DNA from: Eledone cirrhosa
Lineage: Eukaryota
Assembly: GCA_964016885.1 (NCBI GenBank)
Contig: OZ024740.1
Coordinates: 21,824,001 to 21,888,000 of the forward strand
Direction of reading: 5' to 3'
DNA: 64,000 bases
How positions within the stretch are numbered: position 1 is the first letter of the stretch; each line of letters starts with the position of its first letter. The notes beneath the pieces were generated by a model. It did no database searches. It was not told where the DNA came from and worked only from the letters and a program-made list of their open reading frames with translations. Position numbers and translations under genes: made by a program. Of this stretch, positions 40,495-52,579 are shown in pieces.

Positions 40495-40810
40495 ATCATC
40501 ATCATCAACGTTTAACGTCCGTGTTCCACGCTTGCATGGGTTTGGACGGGGGTATTCCCACTTGAGGCAAGAGTGATTATCTTGCTCGCATAGGACTATC
40601 TGGCGGGTTTTCTACAGCTGGATGCCCTTCCTAACACCAACAATATTTACAGTGTGGGGCTGGGAGGTTTTTACCGTGTTGCCTACACGGCCACATTACA
40701 GCGTGAACTGTGTGTTTTTTTATCGTGACACCTACACGATCTCATTTGTTTCGGCCTGGATGTTGTGGCACCAACATAACTTTACATTGAAAGGGGCGGT
40801 GTGGATGGGG
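40495..40810 (-). mobile_element. RTE 3'-end fragment
   Basis: Reverse complement of 39195-39527. Confidence 0.8.
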
Positions 40811-41092
40811 TGGGTAATAGTTCTGACATATGTTGAAATCATCATCATTTAATGTCTGCTTTCTCTGCAAGCAAGGGTTGAACGGGTCTACATAGACCAA
40901 GTCAGTACTGAAGCAAGGCCACTGTCATCGCAGACAGGTCGCGGAGGTCTATATTCTGCTTATGTACAGTTATCAAATGCAGAGGATAAATTGTTGTCTT
41001 TTGAAATATACTCTGTTTTGTTTTATTTGTCATCCATTTCCCTTTATATATTTCTACCACATTGTACCTACTTTCTGAAAGTCATTTATTAT

Positions 41093-41282
41093 GTGGTGGA
41101 TTGGCAGTATCAGTAGGGAGTCGGACACCATGCTTTGTAGCATAGAGTTACGCCCCTTTACGGTCTGAGTTCAAATCCAGCCGAGGTTAACTTTACCTTT
41201 CATCCTTACAGGGTTGATAAAATAAAGTACCAGTAATACGCTGGGATAATTGCTGGCCTTGTGCCAAAAGTAGAAACAATTA
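41093..41282 (+). mobile_element. tRNA-type SINE (clearest copy)
   Basis: A-box-like TGGCAGTATCAGTA, B-box-like GAGTTCAAATCC, core cctttcatcc..gggttgataaaataaagtaccag, end ggccttgtgccaaaagtagaaac. Confidence 0.75.
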
Positions 41283-41292
41283 TATATCTCAC

Positions 41293-41398
41293 AATGCTTC
41301 GTATTAACGATATTACTGCCAATGATTTTTGAGTGATTTTGAAAATAATCAGGAATTTGGAAAGATTTAGTAATAGAACTAACTTTTTCATTCTTAAG
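41293..41398 (-). CDS. Tentative phase 0-1 exon of the Dab-like gene (LKNEKV...NTKH)
   Basis: accag acceptor, GTGAGA donor, open in frame with exon 42132-42266; no homology support. Confidence 0.3.
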
Positions 41399-42131
41399 CT
41401 GGTATTTGGAAAATAATTTCACAAAAAGAAAATTATGGTGGAAGATCTTTAAATACTAGACACCTGTGACCCATTGGGTCATGTTCACTTCTAAATACTT
41501 TTTAAAAATCATGTTCACTTAAAAATAGTCTTTAAATAATTAAAATATACACAGACATGTATATAATGTGAAATGAAACTGGAAGGCCCATGTATATATA
41601 CGTGTGTCTATATCATCATCATTCCATGCTAGCATGAGTTAGACGGTTGGGTGACCATGTCTCGCTCATATAGGACTATCTGGCAGGTTTTCTATGGCTA
41701 GATGCCCTTCCTAACACCAACTACGTTTACAGTGTGGACTAGGAGGTTTTTACTGTGTTACCTACACGGCCACACTACAGCGTGGACTGTGTGTTTTTAT
41801 TGTTGTGACACCTCCACGACCTCACTTATTTTGGACTGGATGTTGTGGTACCAACATAACTTTACAGAGAAAGGGTGGTGCTAGTGGGAGTGGGGGGTGG
41901 AGTAGAGAGAGTGGGATGGGGTACCAATATAACTTTACAAAGAAAGGGTGGTGTTGGTGGGAGTGGGGGGGGAGTAGGAGTAGTGGGATGTGGTACCAAT
42001 ATAACTTCACAAAGAAAGGGTGGTGTTGCCTTTCATTTTTCCAGAGTCAATACAAGATGTTGATGTAACCAGCTATAACTCTCAAATGTGTGACATTTAG
42101 CTCAACATAGAAACTCTTATAATTCACTCAC

Positions 42132-42266
42132 CGACTTTTCTGTCTTGATTGCAAAGAATTTATGGCTGCCATCACCTGGTTCAAAGACGTAACCAAAAGC
42201 TCTGGAATCCGTCGTGTCAATTGAAATGAAGGAAATTCGACTTACAATATGTTCATAATTCACAGC
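42132..42266 (-). CDS. Dab: Disabled (Dab)-like PTB domain exon, AVNYEHIVSRISFISIDTTDSRAFGYVFEPGDGSHKFFAIKTEKS
   Basis: ISFI..D.TDSRAFGYV and FFAIKT match the Dab1/2 PTB domain; tttcatttcag acceptor, GTGAGT donor; 135 nt, phase 0-0. Confidence 0.88.
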
Positions 42267-42399
42267 CTGAAATGAAAGGTATATTTCACAAATGTATCAA
42301 TATTACCATTATAATTATACCGTCACTGTTTACATGAAATAATTCACAAATCTAACAATATCTCTGCAGACATATTTTACATTTCACAATTGTAAAAAT

Positions 42400-42512
42400 A
42401 TCATCACTGCTTACATGTCACATTTCACACTCTCATCTATATCATCACTGCTTACATGTCACATTTCACACGCTCATCTATATCATCACTGCTTACATGT
42501 CATATTTCACAA
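42400..42512. repeat. Short tandem repeat, ~42-bp unit x3
   Basis: tatcatcactgcttacatgtca(c/t)atttcaca repeated. Confidence 0.8.
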
Positions 42513-42893
42513 TTGTAAAAATACACATACCCACACACTCACACACACGATATATTTCTGTGTGCTTGGCCAAATGTGTGTATTATATAATTCAACCTGC
42601 ATTATAGAAGTTTATAATAAGCCAATGTATTTGTTATAGATATTTGTTTGAAAACGTCAACAAGGAAAATCAATACAGTACAATGATGTAGATTAGTTTA
42701 AGGCTTGATATAATAAAGAAAGAGTCTCAATGTTTCAGATGTTAGTCCTTTATCGGAAGATAGAAGGAGAGATAGAGGGAGAAATAGCGGGATAAATATA
42801 AAGATAAATGAGAGTAAGATGTTAGTCATTTATCGGAAGATAGAAGGAGAAATAGAAAGATGAGAGTAAGAAAAGATATTGTTGTTTTCTTAC

Positions 42894-43111
42894 CATTGTC
42901 TTTTCTTCGATTAGCTTAATCCCTTCCAGAGATATATTGACTAGAATCTTTAGTTTGTGTTTACCAGAGCTTTTCACGGCCGCCTTTAACTTCTGCATTG
43001 TTTCCTGACACATCGCGTTACCTCGAAAATCAGCTACGTCAGACACCCCAATGAATTTCGCAGTGAAAAACAAACCTTTGCCTTCGAAACTGGCCGGGTC
43101 AGTTTTAATCT
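42894..43111 (-). CDS. Dab: Disabled (Dab)-like PTB domain exon, IKTDPASFEGKGLFFTAKFIG...ISLEGIKLIEEKTM
   Basis: Aligns by eye to Dab FKGEGVRYKAKLIG..RGDKLCQDSMMKLK..HKQKI..IS..GIKI.DEKT; ctctcag acceptor (NAGNAG alternative at 43109), GTAAGA donor. Confidence 0.9.
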
Positions 43112-43719
43112 CTGAGAGAACATCAGTCAGTTGGTTGATTAGTTGGGAGAAAGGGTGTAATAAAAAAAAAAGAAAGAAATAAGCAAAACTGTGAAAAGAT
43201 TTAAAATATATACATCCACACACATTTATACACATACATTCATATGAACGACCATATACACATATAAATATGCATACATACATACACATAAAAATATGTG
43301 TACATATATAAATAAATACATGCACACAAACATCCATATATACATACAGATATGAATATGAATACATAAGTTCCAATGCATGCATATATATATATATACA
43401 TATATATATATGTATAGCATGGACGGGTGTTTGGAGACTATGGTGGTGACAGTGGTGGTGTTGGTGGAGTGGGAATGAGTAGAGAATATAAAGCAATAGC
43501 ATCATTTTACGTCCCCTTTTCCCTGCTTGCAAGGGTGTAGATTAAAATTAAAGAATTAAGTACAATGAAGATTATGGGATATAAAATTATAGAGTATGGG
43601 GTTATGGAGTATGGAGCTGTGATAGCTAAGGGTGGTTGAATGTATGATAATGGTGAGGGTGGAAGTTATATTGGGTGAAAGAGTGGCAGGGTGGTGTTGC
43701 TGTTTTTCTAATCACAAGA

Positions 43720-44305
43720 AAAATCCATAGAAATGATTGAGAGCTGCTACTATCTAAGTGACTTAATTAGAAGTGGAGAAGGTGGTCTGAATGCATAATA
43801 GCTAGAACAAGTTTAGAGAGCTACTCCTACTGTTGACAACAAAAGTTTTCTCCCTATGTACAAAAGGAGGACTGTATGATGCTTGTGTGTGTAATACAAA
43901 GCTGCATGTTAGTGAAACATGAAAGTGACTGTAGAATATGTGCATAGGCTGGAGAGAAATAGAGCAACCATGCTTCGTTGGATGTGCAATGTAAATAGGC
44001 AAGAAAGATAGAGCTTGGATGAACAGGAGGAGAAACTGGATTTTAACAGGAATTTGAAGTAGTGTGCAAGATGCGAAAACTGTGCTGGTACGGACATGTG
44101 ATGCACATGGATGATAGTCTCTGTGAAGAAGTGCCAGTAAATCCCAGTGGAGGGAAGCCACAGTAGAGGTAGACCAAGGAAAACCTGGGCAGAGTGGCAA
44201 GAGCTGATCTCAAATTGTTGAAACTCACAGGGATGTGCTGAGAAGAGCCCATTCAATTTATGCAAGCGTGGGAAAATGGATGTAAAACGTTGATGATGAT
44301 GATAC
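43720..44305 (+). mobile_element. Decayed RTE LINE 3' fragment
   Basis: LYDAC, WYGHVMHMDD, GRPRKTW remnants and (GAT)n tail. Confidence 0.8.
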
Positions 44306-46037
44306 ATATAGTTAAAAGATGTAGTCAAAAGAGAGAGCTCATATATTTCAACATGAATCCCACAAGTTTCATCAAGGGAGTCAACTCTGTGTAGTTGATG
44401 TTTCTGTTGTTTACTTAGTTGACATATAAATAAGAATGTGACAGATTCCCTCAGTAAATATTTACTATTAAATGAATATGTAAATTTAGGTCACCTGTTC
44501 CACCCTTGACTTGGTTGGAGCCCTCTCATGCATAACACTTATAGTGGACAATGGGATGGTGATGAATTCAAGTTGAAATAGAGAATATGACTAACCACTT
44601 CATTTTCAGGCCTGTCGCAGTCGACACCTTAGGTGTCCTCTCAGTCCCAAACTATACACACATATATATGACTGTAACAAGGTACAGTTGACTCCCATAA
44701 GTCACTCAACAACCATGTTTTATTAAACATCATGGTTCTTACATATCCTCTTCCAAATTTCATAATATCTTATTACAAAACTTTATTCCAAAGGTCTGCT
44801 TTACGTCAAAATATTTTAAACAGATTCACATATTTGTGGAATTTTCTGATTTCTATAAAAGGAAATATTTCTTACTGTATTACTGCTGCCAAAGCACAAA
44901 ACGAAACCTTCTTTGACACTTAGCTTAATAAGATTACATGCTTGATAAATACTTCAACAGATTACCAGTCCTTAGTTCCTTAATTCTGTAATAATTTTTA
45001 CCATATTTCCTGTAGTTTTACATGTTGCAGCCACCTAGACCAAAATTGTCTTTGAGCAAGCCTATGTTTGAATAATCAATAAGCAACAGATTAACAGTTA
45101 TTTACTTATTTATTTATATTTACCTGTAAATCTGTAGTAGAAATCTATAGATTTGTGCCAATTTTGGAATTAAATTATAAACTCTTCAGATCTTAAGTTT
45201 ATGTTAAATGGAATTTAAGCTTATAGTAATAGATTGTATTAAAAAAACATCCCAAAATGAAATTCAAAAGTGCAGCCATGTCATATACTGTGTTACACAG
45301 ATTTGGTTTAATCTTTAATGCGCTGTGACACAGGGCACCATAAAAGTAATCTCCCCTTAATAGATAATACAGTGTCAAGGGAAACAACTAATATAAATTA
45401 CTAGCATGCTAAAGCTTAAAAATGACATTAAAGACATGTTTTGTTGTGAGGAATACTCAACCACATGTTAATTCACAAGTCGGACATTCTGTTGATTGCA
45501 TAATGGACCACTTCATGGTTGAAAACAATGGAGAATCCACCATCATCATCATCATCTGTTTTCCTTGCTATCAAGAGTTGCACATCTCTTCACAGACTAG
45601 TTTCTTCTTTTTATTTGTGTGTAAAGGTGAATGGTGGCATGGTTGAGTAAGAAGTTTGAGGTTTCAGGTTTGATCCTACTGCATAGAAGTATCTTTTAGA
45701 ACAGTCTCAGGTTGACACAGACATAGAGGAACTGTCTTTTACAACAGTCTCAGGTTGACACAGGTTGACACAGACCTTGAGGGTAGAATTGTGTAAAAGA
45801 AAACCTGTGAATTTAAATATCCCACCTAGTCAAATATTATGTCATACTGATTCTATTTGGAAATTATGTTATGGGTGCACATGTCTGTGGAATACTCAGC
45901 CACTTATATATTAATTTAATGAAATGGATATTCAGTGATTGAACAAATGGTTATTCAACAGTGAAATTGATGATCCATCTTTTGGTGGGGATTTCTACCA
46001 TCTGGATTACAAAGAGGTAACGTTCAAGATGACATTT

Positions 46038-46081
<44 letters not shown>

Positions 46082-46084
46082 AGG

Positions 46085-46335
46085 GAGTGTAACTTGGAGT
46101 TACTGTAGGTTCACCCGAGTGAGCACTCAATGTTTAGGTTCACTTCAGTGTCGAGGTGTAGAGCTAGCCAGAGTGTATTATAGTGAAATAAGGGGTTTGA
46201 CGAGCCGCGGATTACAGAGTTGGGTCAGATCGATACAGGTCAAACCTTGAGCTGATCAGTGGCAAAACGAGTGTCACCAACCAATAAACGTAATGAAGGA
46301 GTAACCAATCGTCCTTGTTATCTTATTTCACTATA
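46085..46335. mobile_element. Second head-to-head remnant of the 10844-11235 family
   Basis: Shares ggagttactgtaggttcaccc and gagctgatcagtggc..gagtaaccaatcgtccttgttatc; TATAGTGAAATAAG / CTTATTTCACTATA inverted; TA flanks. Confidence 0.6.
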
Positions 46336-46899
46336 TATATATATATCATCATTTAACGTATCCTCTACTGCTGATTTTGTCACCCAGGTAATGGAAACTG
46401 TTAACTATTTCTATCGAACCATCTAGGCATTTGAAGGAGCTAGTGTCCTGTGGGCTCCTGCTACTTACTGCGCAGATCACAAAAGTGACAAACATAGACA
46501 AACTCCAACCAAAATAGAACAGAAAACATGAGTGGAATAGCAACAACATGACAACTAGTAGTTAAGGACAAGATAAAGACATACAGAGACACACAAGAAC
46601 CAAACTAATAAAACAAACCAGACACACAGATAGAACAAACAACCAGCTAGTAACAAGTAAATAAATGTATAAATAAATAAAAATACAGGGATATAACGCA
46701 TGCACAGCCCAAATATACAGCACTCAACACACAAAAACAAGATGGTGTAAGACAGAACAAAGGGGGGACACAGAATAACAAATTAGTCATTGAGGAGGTC
46801 ACAGAATGTGAGATAAAACAGCTTTGACAATAAATGAAAACCATCCGGTTATTAAACCAACCAACAGGAAATTTAAAATAAATAATATATATATATATA

Positions 46900-47249
46900 T
46901 CATCATCTCCGTTTTACGCCCATTCTTCCACGCTAGCATGGGTTAGATGGGTTGTTCTGTTGTGGGCAGTGTCCGGTTGGCTGACCTTGTCTTGCTCATA
47001 CGGGAACTGATTCTGGCTTGATTTCGACAGCTGGATGCCTTTCCTAATACCAACCTCATTTACAGTGAGTGCTGGGTACTTTTTTGCTGTGGCACCTCCA
47101 CGACCACTTTACAGTGTGGGCTGGGTGATTTTATGCCATGGCACCTCCTTGACCACTTTCAGTGAGAGGGGGTTGGGGCATACCGTCTATACGCTTCAGC
47201 TTCGGCTTGTATCCGTGGGGAATCAGGTCTTCTGTATTACTGTGTGACG

Positions 47250-47250
<1 letters not shown>
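46900..47250 (-). mobile_element. RTE 3'-end fragment
   Basis: Reverse complement of the RTE ORF end and 3' UTR. Confidence 0.8.
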
Positions 47251-48002
<752 letters not shown>

Positions 48003-48174
48003 GATATAGATAGGTAAATATACACGGGTGTGTATGATTGTGTATAGAAGATTATGTTAATAAGAGGAATTCCAACTTTGTCTGATTTACTCGTTTTATT
48101 TACAATCCTTTAAAATATATATAATGGTATTATAATGAAATAGTATGATAGAATATTAAATTCTAAGTGTTAAT

Positions 48175-48213
48175 TGAACAAGTACTTTCATGCTTTCGCA
48201 ATCTTCAGGTTCA
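48175..48213 (-). ncRNA. Minimal type I hammerhead ribozyme of the left PLE
   Basis: Mirror of 56539-56577. Confidence 0.8.
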
Positions 48214-48588
48214 TGATATGTGGTGACAGTCGAGTTTGCAATTTTCAACTGTAATGAGATGGGTAAATTTCCTACCTTTTATACATTTTATACAGAGAAA
48301 AGTGGCTCCAGAATGCAAAGCCCTGTAAACTGTATTTCGACCAATCAGTGTGTAGTTTCACTGAATTACTACAGCTGATTGGTTTAAGCGTCACGGCTGG
48401 TTGAGCATGCTAACGACCAATAGTCATATCCAACGTATCAATTGTTTTGCTTTTTTGAAATGATGAAAATAGCATTTTCTATTAATCATCACCATCAACA
48501 TCACTTTTATTATTATTATTATTGTTGTTGTTGTTGTTGTTAGTGGTCGTGGTCATAGTGGTAGTAGAAGTAATACCCCTAGGCGTTA

Positions 48589-50775
48589 TTATTGTTCATT
48601 TAGCTTGGGTTTGAATTTATCAATAAAATTCTTTTCTTTGATTTTTCTCTTGATTTCATTTGGGCTGTGTAATTTGTAGAATGGGAATATTATAAATATT
48701 CCCTGACCACATGTTGCCAGGTGGCCGCTTAGGGGTATCTGACGGACATTTGGGTCTCTGATTTGTTGACGGTGTACCCGTGCACGTTCCGATAGTGCAT
48801 TTCCAGTTTGACCGACATATAGTTCTTCACAATTCGGGCATTTAATGCAGTAAATTAGATTTCTGCTTTTGCAGTTCATATTTGCATTTGTGAATATTTT
48901 TCCAGTTTTTGTTTTCATATATTGACCGGCGTGTATGGATTGACATGTGCCGCATCGATTATCATTGCATTTAGATACAGTGAATGATTGGTCTTTGTTG
49001 TTAAGGTCAAACTTTGCTTTTGTTAGCAATTGCTTCAAATTTTTTGGCTGTCTTTTACTAAGAGTCAAAGATCGATCTGTGATTAAGCCTTTTAATTCAT
49101 TACTTTGAGCAATGATCGGTAGGTTTGCTTTGGCAGTGTTGAAGATATTCTGGTGACATGGGTTGTGTGTCATTATAAATGGTATGACCAGTTCTTGGTT
49201 TCTTCTTCTTTGGGTTGTTCTAAGTTGTTGTATAGGTATTTTTATAGCCCGCTGTATGCCATTTTCTATAAGTAGAGATGGGTATTTTTGTTTGAGCAAA
49301 AATTCTCTTAGTTCTGTTAGGCGTTTGTACCTGGTATTCGTATCTTCTACAATGGTACAAATTCTTCTGGCTAGGCAGTATGGGATGTTGCGTTTTGTAT
49401 GAGGTGGATGGCACGACTTAAAATTCAGATATTGATGGGTGTCTGTGTGTTTATAATATATATCCGTGGTAATGGTGGTGTCGTTTTTGATTATCATTAT
49501 ATCTAGGAATGGTAATTTGGTCCTACTCATCTCTTTTGTGAATTGGAGAGATGGGTGTAGGTTATTCAGGAGGATATTGAACTCATCCAGAGTATCTAGA
49601 GATTCTGTCCAGATGATGAAACAGTCGTCAAGGTATCTCTTCCAAGATTTTTCAATGTACTTTCTAAAGTCAGTACTATATTTTTCCTCTATTTCTTGGT
49701 AGAGTTGTTGTTCTAAGTATCCCATTACAGAGTTCGCGTAAACGGGAGCAAACTTCGTTCCCATCGCTGTGCCTCTAATTTGGATGTAATTCTTTCCATT
49801 GAAGAAGAAAGTGTTGTTTTCCAGAATAAGTTTAACTGCGTCTAATATAAATGGCGCTGTGAATCTAATGGGAATCACTTCTCTATGTTTTTCCACCCAG
49901 TATTTAACCGCCTTTATTCCTAAATCATGTGTAATGTTGGTGTAAAGGCTTACCACATCAAAACTGAGTAGAAGTGAATTCGTTTCCGTGGTTTTGGGAA
50001 GATGGGACAGGAAGTCGATATCATCCCGGATGAAACTGGGTATGTGAATACATAGTGGTTTCAAAATAATGTCAACAAAATTGCTTAGACGGTGAGTGGG
50101 GCATGTTGGACCAGCTATAATAGGTCTAAGTTTTAAGTCTTTTGGGTGTAATAATTTAATGTACTCACTGTTTTGTTCTCTTACTGCCAGTTGTATTTCT
50201 TTTGACTTGTGAACTTTCGGTAGGCCATACAGGTTGCTGGGTTTCGGCTCAAAATTGGTGATGTAGTCTCTTTCCTTATCAGTAAATGAGTTGTGGTATT
50301 TTGAAGCCAGGTTGTTGATCTTCTTCATGATGTTGTGGTCTATATTTGACGGTATTTCATGATAGAATGTTGTGTCTTTCAGTTGTTCCTCAACCAAATC
50401 CTTGTAGTATTCAGTATCCATTATAACAACTGCACCCCCTTTATCTGCTTGTTTAATTATTATTGTTTTATCATTTTGTATACGTTTAAGTGCAGACATT
50501 TCTGATTTGTTAATGTTTGGCCTAACATTAGTATTATGTCTAAGAGGAAATTTAGACAGGATGTCAATGTATTGGTCGAGATAGATATTTCTTCCTTTTG
50601 GCGGAGTGAAATTTGATTTATTCTTTACTAGTGATTCATCACTCTCATTATTTTTATCAGCGAAGAATTCTACAAGACGTAATTTTCGACAGAATTCTTG
50701 GGTATCCTCCTTCAGTTCTTGGTGGTTGACTGTTGGAGTCGGTGTGAATTTCAGTCCTTTTGACAGAATTTGCAT
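48589..50775 (-). CDS. PLE reverse transcriptase-GIY-YIG endonuclease
   Basis: ADKG, YGLPKVHK, LRPII, FDVVSLYTNI, GTAMG, RYLDD, FLD, YYKHT, Cys cluster, LIYCI..LYVGQT. Confidence 0.95.
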   Translation of the reverse strand: MQILSKGLKFTPTPTVNHQELKEDTQEFCRKLRLVEFFADKNNESDESLVKNKSNFTPPKGRNIYLDQYIDILSKFPLRHNTNVRPNINKSEMSALKRIQNDKTIIIKQADKGGAVVIMDTEYYKDLVEEQLKDTTFYHEIPSNIDHNIMKKINNLASKYHNSFTDKERDYITNFEPKPSNLYGLPKVHKSKEIQLAVREQNSEYIKLLHPKDLKLRPIIAGPTCPTHRLSNFVDIILKPLCIHIPSFIRDDIDFLSHLPKTTETNSLLLSFDVVSLYTNITHDLGIKAVKYWVEKHREVIPIRFTAPFILDAVKLILENNTFFFNGKNYIQIRGTAMGTKFAPVYANSVMGYLEQQLYQEIEEKYSTDFRKYIEKSWKRYLDDCFIIWTESLDTLDEFNILLNNLHPSLQFTKEMSRTKLPFLDIMIIKNDTTITTDIYYKHTDTHQYLNFKSCHPPHTKRNIPYCLARRICTIVEDTNTRYKRLTELREFLLKQKYPSLLIENGIQRAIKIPIQQLRTTQRRRNQELVIPFIMTHNPCHQNIFNTAKANLPIIAQSNELKGLITDRSLTLSKRQPKNLKQLLTKAKFDLNNKDQSFTVSKCNDNRCGTCQSIHAGQYMKTKTGKIFTNANMNCKSRNLIYCIKCPNCEELYVGQTGNALSERARVHRQQIRDPNVRQIPLSGHLATCGQGIFIIFPFYKLHSPNEIKRKIKEKNFIDKFKPKLNEQ

Positions 50776-50822
50776 TTCATCATTGTCAAGATCTCTTTTA
50801 GATAAATTAATTATTTTAGGAT

Positions 50823-52172
50823 CTACGTGTACAGCTGTTTTGGGTATGTTTCCTCCTGGAGTTTTTCTTTTTCCGGTTTTTGTTGTCCTGACGTTAAAAA
50901 ATGAATTTTTCTCTGTTCAGGATTTATATTCCTGTTGGTGTTCGCTTGATGAACTTTTGGTCGTGATATTATATTTGGTTTCGTTATGTATTTTGTCCTA
51001 TTTTTGGTATTCTGTATATTATTTTTCTTCCTGTTAGCATTATTTTTAACAATCTGGGAAAATGACCTAGGTTTGCTTTCAGGTTTAGATCGTTTTTTCG
51101 TCCAGTTTCTTGTGGGCAATCTCTGTTGAGATCTTGAGAGTGATCTGGTTATTCTACGTTTTGTTTCCACATTCCTTGTTGGTAGTCTCTGTTGAGATCT
51201 TGAGAATGATCTCCTGGTTTTACTACTTCTCATGGTCTGGTCAAAGGAATACCTATCGTGTTTGTGCTTTTTGTTCATGTTGTGTTCGATAGGGTGTTTT
51301 TGTAGAAAAAGCGAAGAGTTATTACCGTAGTTCTTCTTTGATTCAAGGTAAGGTGAGTGTTTGTGTTGGCACGTGTTCTGGCGTATGTTGTGTTGATGAG
51401 ATTGTCCACTTTTAATGCTTTTTCTCAGGGTTCCAGAGTCTTTACCGTAATTTGCAGCATATTCATCGAGAAATAATTGTTTCTGCTGCCATACCTTTCT
51501 TGATTTGTTTTCTTCTTTTGAGATATCTCCGATCCATAGTTCTCGTAGTTTTTCAGCTATAATACCAGTCGTTAGCTTTGAAATTTCAACTTCAATTTGG
51601 TCATCAATAGCTTCATATTTGGCTTTGTAGCGGGATTGTTTACATTCAGAAATGGAGATGTCGGTCCTGAATTTTGTCAATGTAAGTTCCCATCGGAGTT
51701 TTGTTTCTTCTTCTGGTTCTCCTGCAATTTCTGTAATTAGGTATTTACGAGGGAGTATGGGTGCCGTTAGAGAGAGCCATTTCGAATGTGTTTCGACATA
51801 TTTTTCGCATCTGTATGCTTTCCAGAAATTTTGTTTTCTTATGTTAAGGAATTTTTTCCATGTCTTCCACATTTCTTTTCTTATTCGATGTGTTTTGTTT
51901 TCCAAATTTCTTTCGTTTATTTCTGACATCCAAGGGGGTTGTGGTAGGCTTTCTCTTGTATCTTTGATAACTGTTGGTATAATTTCAGCTAAATTCTTAA
52001 TTTCAGAGTTTATATGTTCAGTTATAAGTTTTCCGTCTGTAGATTGTTTTTCTATTTCCTTTAAAATAGAGGATTGTGTGTCCATCATCGTGATAAGTGT
52101 TGATAATTTCGATGATATCTCCTTTAGAATTCTTTCTGATTCTGTTGGTTTCATTTGTTGCTTTCCAGACAT
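50823..52172 (-). CDS. PLE ORF1, 449 aa, helical/coiled-coil-like N-half and basic C-half
   Basis: Long non-repetitive ORF identical to 52580-53929, directly upstream of the RT ORF. Confidence 0.8.
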   Translation of the reverse strand: MSGKQQMKPTESERILKEISSKLSTLITMMDTQSSILKEIEKQSTDGKLITEHINSEIKNLAEIIPTVIKDTRESLPQPPWMSEINERNLENKTHRIRKEMWKTWKKFLNIRKQNFWKAYRCEKYVETHSKWLSLTAPILPRKYLITEIAGEPEEETKLRWELTLTKFRTDISISECKQSRYKAKYEAIDDQIEVEISKLTTGIIAEKLRELWIGDISKEENKSRKVWQQKQLFLDEYAANYGKDSGTLRKSIKSGQSHQHNIRQNTCQHKHSPYLESKKNYGNNSSLFLQKHPIEHNMNKKHKHDRYSFDQTMRSSKTRRSFSRSQQRLPTRNVETKRRITRSLSRSQQRLPTRNWTKKRSKPESKPRSFSQIVKNNANRKKNNIQNTKNRTKYITKPNIISRPKVHQANTNRNINPEQRKIHFLTSGQQKPEKEKLQEETYPKQLYT

Positions 52173-52579
52173 GTTGGCATATACACAATAGGAATATATA
52201 TATAGATATAGATAGGTAAATATACACGGGTGTGTATGATTGTGTATAGAAGATTATATTAATAAGAGGAATTCCAACTTTGTCTGATTTACTCGTTTTA
52301 TTTACAATCCTTTAAAATATATATAATGGTATTATAATGAAATAGTATGATAGAATATTAAATTCTAAGTGTTCAATTAACACTTAGAATTTAATATTCT
52401 ATCATACTATTTCATTATAATACCATTATATATATTTTAAAGGATTGTAAATAAAACGAGTAAATCAGACAAAGTTGGAATTCCTCTTATTAATATAATC
52501 TTCTATACACAATCATACACACCCGTGTATATTTACCTATCTATATCTATATATATATTCCTATTGTGTATATGCCAAC

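Noticed and set aside
40925-40960. Minus-strand IDLRDL as the missing Dab helix exon
   Set aside because: Lies within an RTE-like 3' remnant (related copy at ~8240-8340) and reaches a stop within a few codons.
41093-41190. tRNA gene
   Set aside because: A/B-box-like motifs only, no cloverleaf; it is the head of a multi-copy SINE.
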